Numbered from the stretch's first letter, positions 47,275-58,177 are shown. The stretch: DNA of 64,000 nt from an uncultured Gammaproteobacteria bacterium (GCA_943788815.1 CALSRS010000002.1:573766-637765); one strand, 5' to 3'. Program-made: numbers and translations. The notes: generated by a model not told the origin, from the letters alone.

Positions 47275-48342
47275 TCAATTAGAAGAATTCAAGGCCGAGC
47301 TCAACATTCTGGCTGTAATATCAACGATAGGTATAATCCGTTGATAATTCATCCTGGTTGGGCCAATCACGCCTAGTACTCCTAATATCCTGCCATCAAT
47401 TTCATATGGCGAGGTCACGACACTGCAATTATCAAGCACATCATATCCGGATTCTTCACCGATAAAAATCTGTACACCTTTTGCATTAATTGACTGTTCA
47501 AGTAAATGCAACAGGTCTCTTTTTTGATTGAAACTATCAAACAATCGTTTAAGTTTATCAACATCACTTAATTCAGCAAAGTCCATTAAATTAGTCTGGC
47601 CAGCAAGAATATAATCTCCCTTTAGTTCACCCCCTTCTAATACGCTGGTAGCGAACTCTATAGCCGTTTGCATAGTTTTATTAACATCTTCTCTCATTTT
47701 ATTGAGGTCAGCTAATAACCCTTCACGAATTTTATTCAGGTCTTTACCCGAATAATGTCTGTTTAGAAAATTGGAAGCCTCCTGTAAATCCGAAGCCGAA
47801 TAGTGCTTTGCTGTATGAATCACTCGGTTCTGAATTTCTTCATCACTCATGATTAAAATGACAAGAACCCGGTTTTGACTAAGAGATACAAACTCAATTT
47901 GCTTCAATACTTGTCTTTTTTGCCTGGGAAGCATCACTATTCCAGCCAGATGTGTAATTTCTGAAAGCATATTTGATGTTTTTTCCATGAGGATATTTAC
48001 GTCATGCTCTTTTTCCAATTCACTGGCAATGTGCTTGGCGTCAATTTGGTCAATATTTTCTATCCTTAAAAGACTATCCACAAACAAGCGATAACCCTTT
48101 ACAGTGGGAACTCTTCCAGCAGAGGTGTGAGGTGAATGCAACAATCCAAGGTCTTCCAAATCTGCCATAATATTGCGAATAGTCGCAGGACTCAGGTCAA
48201 GGCCGGTATCACGAGCCAGGGTTCTGGAACCCACGGGCTGCCCATCATTAATAAAATGGTCGACCAGAGATTTAAACAGAAATAAACTTCGATCGGAAAG
48301 TATAATTGAGTCTGAGTTGGAATGTTTGTGCTGTTTTGACAT
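47275..48342 (-). CDS. hrcA: heat-inducible transcriptional repressor HrcA
   Basis: 355 aa; N-terminal winged HTH (LSDRSLFLFKSLVDHFINDGQPVGSRTLA), position upstream of grpE. Confidence 0.88.
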   Translation of the reverse strand: MSKQHKHSNSDSIILSDRSLFLFKSLVDHFINDGQPVGSRTLARDTGLDLSPATIRNIMADLEDLGLLHSPHTSAGRVPTVKGYRLFVDSLLRIENIDQIDAKHIASELEKEHDVNILMEKTSNMLSEITHLAGIVMLPRQKRQVLKQIEFVSLSQNRVLVILIMSDEEIQNRVIHTAKHYSASDLQEASNFLNRHYSGKDLNKIREGLLADLNKMREDVNKTMQTAIEFATSVLEGGELKGDYILAGQTNLMDFAELSDVDKLKRLFDSFNQKRDLLHLLEQSINAKGVQIFIGEESGYDVLDNCSVVTSPYEIDGRILGVLGVIGPTRMNYQRIIPIVDITARMLSSALNSSN

Positions 48343-48463
48343 ACGGTTTTGATATTACCTAAATATTATGAAAAATTCAGTAAACTATCGTCATTAATGA
48401 AACGTCGATTGCGTTTTTACCTGTACATGATAATTTTACAAATTAGATAACAGAGAACAAAAG

Positions 48464-49327
48464 ATGTTTAAGAAAATTGTACTCATTTCAAATAATTACT
48501 CAAAGGTAATTTCTGACACCCTTCATACGGTTGTGAATGTCCTGGAAAAAAGGAATATCGACGTTTTTCTCGATAAAAAGTGCTCTGAATTTGCACCGGG
48601 CACCTCTCATGAGATTATCGATACACAGAATTTTGAAGATAAAGGTTACGACCTGGCTATTGCCATAGGGGGTGACGGAACGATATTGCAAGCTGCACAT
48701 ATCGTTGCCGACTACGATATTCCACTTTTAGGTATAAATAGAGGCAGGTTAGGGTTTCTTGCAGATATCCCAGCTAATAACGTAGAACCTATGCTGTCTG
48801 AAATTCTCGATGGTAAATATACAGAGGATATTCGGTTTCAACTGCATTGCGAACTTCATCGTGATGAAAAGATAATTACTGAGGATTCGGCATTTAATGA
48901 AGTAATTATTCAAAAAGGAAATATTGGTAAATTAATTGAATTTGAAACCTACGTTGACTCTGATTATGTTCATAGCCAAAGGGCAGATGGAATGATCATT
49001 TCCACACCAACCGGTTCTACAGCATATTCTTTGTCAGGAGGTGGACCTATTATTCATCCTAAGCTGGACGCATTACTATTAGTTCCAATTTGTCCTCATA
49101 CGCTCAGTAATCGACCAATTGTTATTGATGGTAACAGCAAAGTTGAGTTGGTTATGAAAGAATCCAAAATAGAACATGGAAATCTCACCTGTGATGGAGA
49201 AATGATATGTGATCTTCAGGAAAGAGACCGCATATTAATATATAAAAAAGACAGAATGATTCGTCTGATTCATCCATTAAACTACGATCATTACAGCGTA
49301 CTACGAGCAAAACTCGCCTGGGGATAA
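48464..49327 (+). CDS. nadK: NAD(+) kinase
   Basis: GGDGTIL motif, NE/D short motif; divergent from hrcA and upstream of recN as in E. coli. Confidence 0.9.
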   Translation: MFKKIVLISNNYSKVISDTLHTVVNVLEKRNIDVFLDKKCSEFAPGTSHEIIDTQNFEDKGYDLAIAIGGDGTILQAAHIVADYDIPLLGINRGRLGFLADIPANNVEPMLSEILDGKYTEDIRFQLHCELHRDEKIITEDSAFNEVIIQKGNIGKLIEFETYVDSDYVHSQRADGMIISTPTGSTAYSLSGGGPIIHPKLDALLLVPICPHTLSNRPIVIDGNSKVELVMKESKIEHGNLTCDGEMICDLQERDRILIYKKDRMIRLIHPLNYDHYSVLRAKLAWG

Positions 49328-49346
49328 TTATTTATTCTTGTAATAT

Positions 49347-51011
49347 ATGCTCACCCATTTACACATCCAGAACCTGGCCATAATCGAGGAAGTAGAACTA
49401 GAATTCCACCCTGGGATGACTGTACTTACAGGAGAGACTGGAGCAGGGAAATCAATTCTGATAGATGCACTAGGCTTGATACTCGGCGATAGGGGTGACT
49501 CATCTATCATCAGACCTGATTCGGACAAATCAGAAATAGTTGCTACTTTTGACATTACGGAAAATGGAGAAATTTTCACATTATTAGATGAACAATCTAT
49601 CTCCTGTGATAATCAGGAATTAATTGTCAGAAGAATAGTCAATAAAGATGGCCGCTCAAGAGCGTATATCAATAGTAGTCTGGTCTCAGTACAGGTATTA
49701 CGACAAATAGGTGAGGTTTTAGTAAATATTCATGGCCAACATGCTCACCAATCACTAAGTCATCGAACAAACCAGCGTTATCTGCTTGATAGTTTCGCAG
49801 GGCATAAAATTATAATTGATGACTTAAATACTATTTGTTCTGAATGGAAATCAATTGATGAGAAATTATCTTCTATTTCATCAGATTCTAAATCCTATGA
49901 TTCAACGATGGAACTGCTTGGTTATCAGATAAAAGAACTGGAAGATTTACACCTGAGTATTGGTGAATATGATGACCTTGAAGAAGAGTACAAACGTCTA
50001 TCAAATATATCTGAACTAATTAAAATTTCCCAAAAAGCATTACAATTACTTAGTGAGCATGAATTATCTGCTGAAAGTGCTCTGCGACACACAATTCATG
50101 ATTTTAAAGACCTGCAAAAATCTGATCCCAAACTTGAAAATTTTATAACGCTACTGGAAAACACGTCTATACAACTAACCGATACTGTTGATGAGATACG
50201 CCAATATTCAGACAATCTTGAGACTAATCCGGACAGGTTAAATGAAGTAGATAATCGTCTGAATTTATTAATGGATATTGCTCGAAAACATCAGGTCCAT
50301 GCCCGTAATCTACCTGAGCATTATGAAATGCTCACATCCAGACTAAATGAACTTAAATCCAATTATGATTCCATAAACGAAATGGTGGAGAGACAAAAAA
50401 ATATTTGGGGAAAATATGAAATATTGGCAAATAAACTTCATGACAGCCGGGTAAAAAATGCAAATACCATGTCAAAAGCCGTTACAAAACATTTAAGTGG
50501 ACTGGGTATGCCAGAAGGAAAGTTTATTATTGACATATCCTCACAAAAATATGATGTACCAGTCAAAGATGGGACTGACCAAGTTGAATTTCTTATCAGC
50601 CTGAACCCAGGAAGCAAGCCACAACCCATGCGTAAAATTGCATCAGGTGGAGAACTTTCACGTATCAGTCTGGCAATACAGCTGGTAACCAAGCAGATGA
50701 ATTTATTTACAACAATGATTTTCGATGAAGTCGATGCTGGGATTGGTGGAAAAACCGCAGATATAGTCGGCGAACTATTAAAAGACCTCTCAGTAGATCA
50801 TCAGGTTTTCTGTGTAACACATTTACCGCAAGTTGCCTCCCGCGCTAATAACCACGTGCAGGTTTCTAAATCTTCAAATACTAATGAAACCCACGCTCAG
50901 GTTAAACAACTTGATAAAAAGGAAAGAATAGAAGAAATTGCAAGGATGCTGGGAGGAATGCGCATTTCGCAAAAAACCCTGGCCCATGCAAAGGAAATGC
51001 TGGCCTTATAA
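49347..51011 (+). CDS. recN: DNA repair protein RecN
   Basis: SMC-like Walker A GETGAGKS, coiled-coil, C-terminal signature/Walker B; 554 aa. Confidence 0.93.
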   Translation: MLTHLHIQNLAIIEEVELEFHPGMTVLTGETGAGKSILIDALGLILGDRGDSSIIRPDSDKSEIVATFDITENGEIFTLLDEQSISCDNQELIVRRIVNKDGRSRAYINSSLVSVQVLRQIGEVLVNIHGQHAHQSLSHRTNQRYLLDSFAGHKIIIDDLNTICSEWKSIDEKLSSISSDSKSYDSTMELLGYQIKELEDLHLSIGEYDDLEEEYKRLSNISELIKISQKALQLLSEHELSAESALRHTIHDFKDLQKSDPKLENFITLLENTSIQLTDTVDEIRQYSDNLETNPDRLNEVDNRLNLLMDIARKHQVHARNLPEHYEMLTSRLNELKSNYDSINEMVERQKNIWGKYEILANKLHDSRVKNANTMSKAVTKHLSGLGMPEGKFIIDISSQKYDVPVKDGTDQVEFLISLNPGSKPQPMRKIASGGELSRISLAIQLVTKQMNLFTTMIFDEVDAGIGGKTADIVGELLKDLSVDHQVFCVTHLPQVASRANNHVQVSKSSNTNETHAQVKQLDKKERIEEIARMLGGMRISQKTLAHAKEMLAL

Positions 51012-51061
51012 TCTGAGTCTACTTTTTTTAAAGTAGTGTTTCTTACTTTAGACTACCCGCC

Positions 51062-51472
51062 TTATTCTGTTTTAGGCATAACGTAAAGAACCAAACTATG
51101 GTCCTGTAATACAAAACCATGTTGCTCAGCAATCTTATTTTGTAGCGCTTCTATTTCATGGTTTTGAAACTCAATAACCTTGCCCGTTTTTAAACAAACC
51201 ATGTGATCGTGATGAGTTCCTCGATCAGTTTCAAAAACGGAATGGCCTGAATCGAAATTATGTCGAATTACGAGGCCAGCAGATTCAAACTGGGTCAACA
51301 CTCGATATACGGTTGCTAGTCCAACTTCTTCCCCGGCATCGAGTAAAGATTTGTAAATATCCTCGGCGCTCATGTGCTTATCATTGGAATCTTCCATGAT
51401 TTCCAGTATTCGGAGCCTGGGAAGTGTCGCTTTTAAACCGGCTTTTTTAAGATCTTGGGCTTCCATTGTCAT
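51062..51472 (-). CDS. fur: ferric uptake regulator Fur
   Basis: LKATLPRLRILE DNA-binding helix, HHDH and metal-binding His cluster; 136 aa. Confidence 0.9.
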   Translation of the reverse strand: MTMEAQDLKKAGLKATLPRLRILEIMEDSNDKHMSAEDIYKSLLDAGEEVGLATVYRVLTQFESAGLVIRHNFDSGHSVFETDRGTHHDHMVCLKTGKVIEFQNHEIEALQNKIAEQHGFVLQDHSLVLYVMPKTE

Positions 51473-51597
51473 AATAGTATACTACCAGTAGTTAACTTAC
51501 CTGAATTATAATGTATGTTGTGTGAATTTTCTCGCAACAAACCAAACAGGTAATATTACATATTTTTAACCAGAGATACTCACATATATACATTGAT

Positions 51598-52179
51598 ATG
51601 AATTTAGCCTACAAAATTTTATTACTTTTATCATTTACTCTTTTAACAGCATGTAGCTACAAAGGCAGTATTGACCTGCCAGGTCTGTATCGAGTTAATA
51701 TTCAACAGGGAAATGTAATCGACCAGCATTTACTCGACAGGTTAAAGCCTGGAATGGATAAAAATCAGGTTGAATTTATTCTGGGGACACCAGCATTTAT
51801 TGACCCTTTCCATACAGAACAATGGGAATATTTTTATAGCTCAGCCAGGGAAAGCAGAGACCGACGACAACGACATATGCGCTTGCATTTTGTTAATGAT
51901 GAATTAGCCTATATAACTGGTAATGTAAAAGTGACTGATCGCGATCTTAGTGATCCGATACGAGAATCGCGCACTGTTGATGTTCCATTACGTACAAGAA
52001 GACCTGGTTTTTTTGCGCGCATTTTTAATGAGCTCCCAATCGTTGGCAATAGTGGGCCGCAAATCATTGAAGGGGTATTGCCCGAAGATGAAGAACAAGA
52101 AGAACCAGGTGAGGAGCTAGCACAGGCTGGTGAAGAACCAGAAAACCCACCTGAGGAACAAGCACAGGCTGAAGAATGA
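51598..52179 (+). CDS. bamE: outer membrane protein assembly factor BamE with acidic Glu/Pro-rich C-terminal tail
   Basis: lipoprotein signal LLTAC, SmpA/OmlA core (LKPGMDKNQVEFILGTP), divergent from fur as in E. coli. Confidence 0.8.
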   Translation: MNLAYKILLLLSFTLLTACSYKGSIDLPGLYRVNIQQGNVIDQHLLDRLKPGMDKNQVEFILGTPAFIDPFHTEQWEYFYSSARESRDRRQRHMRLHFVNDELAYITGNVKVTDRDLSDPIRESRTVDVPLRTRRPGFFARIFNELPIVGNSGPQIIEGVLPEDEEQEEPGEELAQAGEEPENPPEEQAQAEE

Positions 52180-52207
52180 TTTAATGCACAGGCTATATTT
52201 CCAATAA

Positions 52208-53113
52208 GTGCATATATTTCCATTACAAGCTATTTTATTTGCAATTTTATTAATTCAGTTTTGCCTTTTACCTGTATCTGCTATACAGGTAACTGATGAT
52301 TTTGGAAATGAAGTCGTACTTTCATCCACTGTAAAACGCATAGTTACACTTGCTCCCTACCTAACTGAACTTGTCTACTCTGCTGGAGCTGGTGATCAAT
52401 TAATTGCCACCGTCAGCTACAGTGATTACCCCGAGGCCAGCAATAAACTCCCCAGTATTGGCGATGCAAATGGTATAGATATTGAAGCCATCGTTAAGTT
52501 GGAACCTGATCTTGTAATAAGCTGGCATAGTGGTAACGGCGCTGCAATTGCAAATAATTTATCCAGATTAGGCATTACTGTCTTTGAGTCAGAACCAGAT
52601 TCAATTGAGAAAATATCATCAACAATTTCACGTATAGGCAAGCTCACTGGCACAGAGCAGATTGCAAAGAATAATATACAAGAATTTATTAATGAGATAG
52701 AAATTCTTAGGTCTCAGTATTCAAATCAGAAGAAAGTTTCCGTGTTCTATCAATTTTGGAACAAACCTGTTTACACCATAGGTGGCCTGCATTTAATTTC
52801 CAAACATATAGAACTATGTGGTGGCGAAAACATCTTTGCAGACCAAAAAACGCTAAGCTTAAATACTGACATGGAATCCATAATCATAAGAAATCCTGCT
52901 ATTATTATTGCCAGTGGAAATGACAATCAACGTCCGCTATGGCTTGATGAATGGAAAGAATGGAGAAATATTGAAGCCGTTAGAAATAATAATCTTCATC
53001 ATATTCCACCTGATTTAATACAGAGACACACCATACGTGTTACCCAGGGCATTAAGTATTTATGTGAAGTTATGGATATAGCAAGACAAAAACAACCTGT
53101 GATTACAGATTAA
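52208..53113 (+). CDS. ABC transporter periplasmic substrate-binding protein, BtuF/TroA (class III) family
   Basis: signal peptide, conserved IVTLAPYLTELVYSAG...LIATVSYSDYP pattern of B12/siderophore/heme binding proteins. Confidence 0.75.
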   Translation: MHIFPLQAILFAILLIQFCLLPVSAIQVTDDFGNEVVLSSTVKRIVTLAPYLTELVYSAGAGDQLIATVSYSDYPEASNKLPSIGDANGIDIEAIVKLEPDLVISWHSGNGAAIANNLSRLGITVFESEPDSIEKISSTISRIGKLTGTEQIAKNNIQEFINEIEILRSQYSNQKKVSVFYQFWNKPVYTIGGLHLISKHIELCGGENIFADQKTLSLNTDMESIIIRNPAIIIASGNDNQRPLWLDEWKEWRNIEAVRNNNLHHIPPDLIQRHTIRVTQGIKYLCEVMDIARQKQPVITD

Positions 53114-53116
53114 TAC

Positions 53117-53884
53117 TCAGCCTGGAAAAAACATCTGTTTATTATTGTCGGCAATTTGCTTAACAGGATGATTGTAAAGAACTTGAAGGTTTTCTCTGTT
53201 TATCACATCCTCAACCTTGCCAGTAATTATTTTATTTGAATCAATCATTAAAATTGCATGAGTGCAATATCGGATCAGCAAATTCACATCATGAAGAACC
53301 ATAAGTAAAGCACCGTTTGATTTTTGAACTCTTTCAATTAGTAGATCCAGCATGTTTATCTGATAATGCATATCCAGGTGATTAGTGGGTTCATCTAGCA
53401 ACCAGATCATAGGCGACTGTACTATTAGCGTTGCAACAGCCACTCGACGTCGCTCGCCGCCCGACAAGGTGTTTATATAACGGTAAGCCTTGTCTGACAA
53501 GTTGACTAATTTCAATATTTCTTCGACAATTTTAATATCTTCATTTGAATACATAGACCAGGATTTCATATGAGGATATCGACCTGCCATCACTGATTCC
53601 ATGACAGTAATAGGAAATGCATCTTTATAATCCTGGAACAATATTCCCATAATCTTTGCTAATGATTTTGCAGAATAAGTCTCTAGTTTTTTCTCGCATA
53701 TATTTATTGAGCCTGCATGTATTTGATTCAAGCCCATCATGGCGTAGAGGAATGTTGATTTACCGATACCATTCGGTCCAAGTATTCCCCATCGTTCATT
53801 GTTATTTACAGTCAGATTAAAATTTTTAATTAAATTCTTACCTGGTACAGCCAGGTCTAAAGAATTTATTTCGAGAAGCTTCAT
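53117..53884 (-). CDS. ABC transporter ATP-binding protein (BtuD/FecE family)
   Basis: Walker A GPNGIGKST, signature LSGGERRR, Walker B LLDEP. Confidence 0.85.
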   Translation of the reverse strand: MKLLEINSLDLAVPGKNLIKNFNLTVNNNERWGILGPNGIGKSTFLYAMMGLNQIHAGSINICEKKLETYSAKSLAKIMGILFQDYKDAFPITVMESVMAGRYPHMKSWSMYSNEDIKIVEEILKLVNLSDKAYRYINTLSGGERRRVAVATLIVQSPMIWLLDEPTNHLDMHYQINMLDLLIERVQKSNGALLMVLHDVNLLIRYCTHAILMIDSNKIITGKVEDVINRENLQVLYNHPVKQIADNNKQMFFPG

Positions 53885-54894
53885 TTTTGAGTTTTATTGA
53901 TTGAATTTAAAAGAATTAAAAATATTGGCACGCCCAACATGGCGGTAAGCACACCAACAGGTAATTGTTGTGGCGCAAGGATAGTCCTTGCCAGGGCATC
54001 AGAAATGATTAATAAACTCCCTCCCAATAAGACAGATACTGGAATTAATATCACGTGATCCCCCCCGACGATTAATCTTGATAAATGAGGCACAATTAAA
54101 CCAATAAAGCCGATGCTTCCAGCCTGCATGACTGCAGTTGCTGTTAACAAAGAAGATAGAAAGTATATTAAATATGTTAACTTATCAGCAGAGACTCCCA
54201 ATGATTGTGCGGACATTTTTCCCAAAGCTAAAAGATTCAGTTCTTTTGCAATAAACAAACAAAATAATACGCAAATTATCAGAACGATCGCACTGGCTGG
54301 GTTAAAAACACCCAGGCTTAAATCACCCATTAACCAAAACAACATACCGTGGATTTGAGTTACCTGACTAATACTCAGCAAAAAACTAACAACAGCCCCC
54401 CAACCCGCAGCAAGAACGACACCTGTTAATAATGTCCTCAATGGATTCCACTTACCCTTGAGTCCCGACAAATAAAATACCAGAAATACTGTTATAGCTG
54501 CCCCTGCAAACGCACTGAAATTAACCCAGATTCCAGATATTCCAATAACAATTGCAAATAGGGCAAATGCGGAGGCGCCACTCGAAATCCCTAAAATATA
54601 AGGCTCAGCAAGCGGATTTCGTAGTAATACCTGCATCAAGCAACCAGCAAGGGCAAGCATACCGCCAACACAAAAACCGGATATAACCCTGGGGAGTCTG
54701 ATGTCCTTAATAATTTTATGTGTTATTTCATCTGAACTGCTCAAAAGCAATTCTGGAATTTCAAGCGGTGAAATTGGCACACTCCCCATGGATAGCGCCA
54801 ATAAACTGGTTAAAAATGCAATTAATACGAAAATAAAAATGACGAGGAAATAATATGAGGTAAATACCAGCGGCCTGCGAAAAAATGTCATCAA
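53881..54894 (-). CDS. ABC transporter permease (FecCD/BtuC family)
   Basis: 337 aa, about 9 TM helices, FecCD-type conserved Gly-rich regions; overlaps ATPase gene by 4 nt. Confidence 0.85.
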   Translation of the reverse strand: MMTFFRRPLVFTSYYFLVIFIFVLIAFLTSLLALSMGSVPISPLEIPELLLSSSDEITHKIIKDIRLPRVISGFCVGGMLALAGCLMQVLLRNPLAEPYILGISSGASAFALFAIVIGISGIWVNFSAFAGAAITVFLVFYLSGLKGKWNPLRTLLTGVVLAAGWGAVVSFLLSISQVTQIHGMLFWLMGDLSLGVFNPASAIVLIICVLFCLFIAKELNLLALGKMSAQSLGVSADKLTYLIYFLSSLLTATAVMQAGSIGFIGLIVPHLSRLIVGGDHVILIPVSVLLGGSLLIISDALARTILAPQQLPVGVLTAMLGVPIFLILLNSINKTQK

Positions 54895-55226
54895 TTTTGA
54901 ACTGTCTTTTGACTTAGCGCACGTGAACGTCTTGCTTCTTTAGGGTCAGCTTTTAATGGGCGGTATATCTCTACTCTATCACCATCTTTTAGTACTGTGT
55001 CAAGATCACATAATTTTGAATAAATCCCTACCTTGTTTTTACTCATCACTATCTCAGGATGTTTCTTAATTATCCCGGACGTATCAATAGCAGTGGATAT
55101 AGTTGCTCCATAATCAAGACTGAGCATTATCGTCTCAACATACTTTTCCGTTGCGTAGATAACTTCAATATTAATCATGTCATGTCTTTGAATAAACGAT
55201 TCTTGCCCTTTCAGTAAATGAGCCAA
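54891..55226 (-). CDS. rnfH: RnfH family protein (UPF0125, RatB-like)
   Basis: 111 aa; paired with ratA and adjacent to smpB as in E. coli yfjF-yfjG-smpB. Confidence 0.65.
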   Translation of the reverse strand: MAHLLKGQESFIQRHDMINIEVIYATEKYVETIMLSLDYGATISTAIDTSGIIKKHPEIVMSKNKVGIYSKLCDLDTVLKDGDRVEIYRPLKADPKEARRSRALSQKTVQN

Positions 55227-55617
55227 CGAGAGAATCTATAAATTTATTAAAAAATGTCTTCAAAGTCAGCTTCAGTAATTTATTTTTAAATTCAAATTCC
55301 ATATTGAGCTCAACCTTGCATCCATCTCGCTCTGTGTCAGTGAATTGCCAATAACCTTTTAAATACTTAAATGGACCGCTGATCAACTTCACATCAATTC
55401 TTTTTCCAACCAGCATTGTATTTTGAGTCGCAAAGGTTTGTCTTATTTTACCCGTTGCAAGAGAAACACTCGCATCCAGGCTTTTATCAGTGCGATTAAA
55501 TACTTTGGCATCTGTACACCAGGGAAGAAATTCAGGATAGGCTTCTATATCATTTACAAGCTGATACATTTGTTCAGCTGTAAATGGAACCTCTGAAAAT
55601 TTAGAGACAATACCCAC
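55180..55617 (-). CDS. ratA: SRPBCC-family ribosome association toxin RatA-like protein
   Basis: 145 aa polyketide-cyclase/SRPBCC fold signature (EAYPEFLPWC); overlaps rnfH by 47 nt. Confidence 0.7.
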   Translation of the reverse strand: MGIVSKFSEVPFTAEQMYQLVNDIEAYPEFLPWCTDAKVFNRTDKSLDASVSLATGKIRQTFATQNTMLVGKRIDVKLISGPFKYLKGYWQFTDTERDGCKVELNMEFEFKNKLLKLTLKTFFNKFIDSLVGSFTERARIVYSKT

Positions 55618-55631
55618 TACTTGATTTTAAA

Positions 55632-57017
55632 TTACAGTATTCCAATCTGGTTGAGAAAAATAATAGTCACACCAACTGGTGCGAGAAATTTAATTACAAA
55701 CCGCCAGGATACATAAATATTTTCCTTGACCTTCAATTCATCCATTGTAGAAGCACGAGACATTAGCCAACCGCTAAAAATTGCTATAGCCAAGCCACCT
55801 AGTGGCAACATAATATTTGCTGTCAAAATATCAATTATATCAAAAATACCATTTTCCTTGGAAACACCAGCAAAGGTAAAAGGAAATGCCCAATGATTAA
55901 ATGACAATATTGTGGCAATTCCAAGTATCCATGCCACCAACCCGGTATAGGCTGTCGCCTTGATTCTCGAAATTCCACCATTCTCCACTAACCAGGTTAC
56001 TGCAGGTTCAATTAGTGAAATTGCCGAAGTCCAGGCAGCAAATGTCAGTAACAAAAAGAACAGCGTGCCGAAAAACACACCACCTGGCATCTGACCAAAA
56101 GCGATGGGTAACGTCACAAATATCAGACCAGGCCCCTGGGCCGGCTCCAGGCCATAGGTAAATACCAATGGAAAGATTGCAAAGCTGGCTAATATGGCTA
56201 TCAATGTGTCTGCCGACGCAATTAACACAGCAGCGGATGTAATTGATGTCCGATCAGATAAATACGAACCATATATCATGATCGCTCCCATTCCGAGACT
56301 AAGACTGAAGAAGGCATGTCCAGATGCATTCAGAAAAACTTCGCGAAAATTTTCTTTCATAGCTGTGAAATCCGGCCTCAACATAAACATGATACCTTCT
56401 GCAAAGCGCTCGGTACTCATGGCATACCCAACCATAACTAGCAAAAGAAAAAACAAAGCAGGCATTAAAAACCTTACTGCCATTTCCAGCCCACTTTTGA
56501 CACCCCGGGAGACAACAGCAACTGTCATCATAATAAAAATAGTATGCCAGGCCAGAAGACGTTCAGGATCGGAGATTAAATCGGAAAACATTTGTGCTAT
56601 TGCTTCTGGATCGCCACCTTCAAAACTGCCTGTGGCGGCACGAAACACGTAGGCGAGAACCCAACCTGCTATCACACTGTAATAAGATACGATTAGAAAA
56701 CCGGCAACGACACCCATGATACCCAGCCACTTCCATTGCCGGGTATACCCTTCTTCTTCCGCAATAATACGCATTGTGTTGACAGGACTTTGACGGCCTC
56801 TTCGTCCAATCAGGATTTCTGCCATCATAATGGGAATACCCATTATTAATACACACACGACATAAAGCAGCAAAAATGCACCGCCACCACTTTCACCTGC
56901 CATATAAGGAAAACGCCAGATATTACCTAAACCCACCGCTGAACCTGTTGCAGCCAGTATGAATGCCCAACGGGAAGACCATTGACCATGTATAGAAGTG
57001 CGTTTTGCTGACATAGT
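55632..57017 (-). CDS. sodium-dependent transporter, NSS (neurotransmitter:sodium symporter) family
   Basis: GLGNIWRFPY signature, 11-12 TM helices; start set at second Met (57017), ORF extends to 57065. Confidence 0.85.
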   Translation of the reverse strand, partial: TMSAKRTSIHGQWSSRWAFILAATGSAVGLGNIWRFPYMAGESGGGAFLLLYVVCVLIMGIPIMMAEILIGRRGRQSPVNTMRIIAEEEGYTRQWKWLGIMGVVAGFLIVSYYSVIAGWVLAYVFRAATGSFEGGDPEAIAQMFSDLISDPERLLAWHTIFIMMTVAVVSRGVKSGLEMAVRFLMPALFFLLLVMVGYAMSTERFAEGIMFMLRPDFTAMKENFREVFLNASGHAFFSLSLGMGAIMIYGSYLSDRTSITSAAVLIASADTLIAILASFAIFPLVFTYGLEPAQGPGLIFVTLPIAFGQMPGGVFFGTLFFLLLTFAAWTSAISLIEPAVTWLVENGGISRIKATAYTGLVAWILGIATILSFNHWAFPFTFAGVSKENGIFDIIDILTANIMLPLGGLAIAIFSGWLMSRASTMDELKVKENIYVSWRFVIKFLAPVGVTIIFLNQIGIL

Positions 57018-57126
57018 AACTCCAGTGTTTTCATCAATTTTGATGGAAAACCACACAATGCTCAACCAGATATATTCGAACTGCTATAATTCGACACCTG
57101 ACACCAGGGAATGACTGACATTACAA

Positions 57127-57606
57127 ATGGCCAAAACAATTAAAAAGAAACCAGTTTCTAACACTATTGTGCTGAATAAAAAGGCCAAACATGATTTTTT
57201 TATAGAAGAGAAATATGAAGCTGGCGTCGTACTAGAAGGTTGGGAAGTCAAAAGCCTCAGAGCAGGTAAAGTTCAACTCAGAGACAGCTACGTTATGGTT
57301 AAAGATGACGAAGCTTTTGTCATAGGGTGTCTTATTACGCCTCTGGCTACCGCATCCACACATATTCATCCCGACCCTCAACGCACCCGCAAGCTACTTC
57401 TACATAGAAAAGAATTAAACCGGTTAATAGGTGCTATTGAAAGAAAAGGTTACACACTAGTGGTTACTGCCTTGTACTGGAAACACGGAAAGGTAAAGGC
57501 CGAACTAGGGATGGCAAAAGGCAAACAGGCTCATGACAAGCGACAGACTTTAAAGGACAAGGACTGGGAAAGAGAAAAACAACGTACCTTGAAACGAGGT
57601 AATTAA
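57127..57606 (+). CDS. smpB: SsrA-binding protein SmpB
   Basis: 159 aa, conserved N-terminus and basic C-terminal tail; immediately upstream of tmRNA. Confidence 0.93.
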   Translation: MAKTIKKKPVSNTIVLNKKAKHDFFIEEKYEAGVVLEGWEVKSLRAGKVQLRDSYVMVKDDEAFVIGCLITPLATASTHIHPDPQRTRKLLLHRKELNRLIGAIERKGYTLVVTALYWKHGKVKAELGMAKGKQAHDKRQTLKDKDWEREKQRTLKRGN

Positions 57607-57730
57607 TGTAGTGTGACTAGACAGTTGCAATAAAATCACTACATTCTTGAACTTTCAATGCTGTATTAATTCCAATCTATACCCTACAATGATCAATACT
57701 GCTTTTGGCTTATTGCCAGTTGCTTTGCAT

Positions 57731-58090
57731 CGGGGGCGTATTGGCTTCGACGTGGGCACTGAAACCCAAGGGGCATGCCGAGGGGTAGATTACCTCGTAA
57801 ATCCAGCTACAAAACTCATAGTTGCCAACGACGACAACTACGCACTAGCCGCTTAAAAACCGGTTTTGGTGCCGTCAGCCTGGTGTGTGCTTGTGAACCC
57901 AGAACCTGGCGTCGACTTCACAAGATCGCAATGAAGCCTGTCTGGTGTGGATTTGCTAAAACTTTACAGACTAGTCAGTTGTCTTCCCCGTCTCTTGGGT
58001 AGCAACTGATTAAACTAAACAAGAGACTAAGCATGTAGAACCGAGGACGGATGGTTCGCGGACGCGGGTTCGACTCCCGCCGCCTCCACC
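57731..58090 (+). ncRNA. ssrA: transfer-messenger RNA (tmRNA, SsrA)
   Basis: 5' GGGGGCGUAUUGGCUUCGACG, tag reading frame ANDDNYALAA-stop (ends 57856), tRNA-like 3' end GGACGCGGGUUCGACUCCCGCCGCCUCCACCA; about 360 nt. Confidence 0.92.
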
Positions 58091-58140
58091 ATTTGCAATT
58101 AGTTGCACATTTACGGGAGACAACCGTAGATGATGAAAAT

Positions 58141-58177
58141 CCACCAAGGATCATGTATTTGCAATTTGATCCTTGGT
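58141..58177. terminator. 12-bp perfect inverted repeat (CACCAAGGATCA-13nt-TGATCCTTGGTG) 50 nt after tmRNA; on the minus strand followed by ATTTTCATC
   Basis: direct inspection; may insulate ssrA from minus-strand island transcription. Confidence 0.45.

Noticed and set aside
47190-48463. CIRCE operator for HrcA
   Set aside because: Read the spacers upstream of hrcA and grpE on both strands; no TTAGCACTC-N9-GAGTGCTAA-like inverted repeat is present
51473-51597. Fur box in the fur/bamE divergent region
   Set aside because: Only weak AT-rich resemblance (AATTATAATGTAT); no 19-bp GATAATGATAATCATTATC-like palindrome
57647-57856. 69-aa ORF ending in ANDDNYALAA
   Set aside because: This is the tag-peptide reading frame inside tmRNA, not a protein-coding gene
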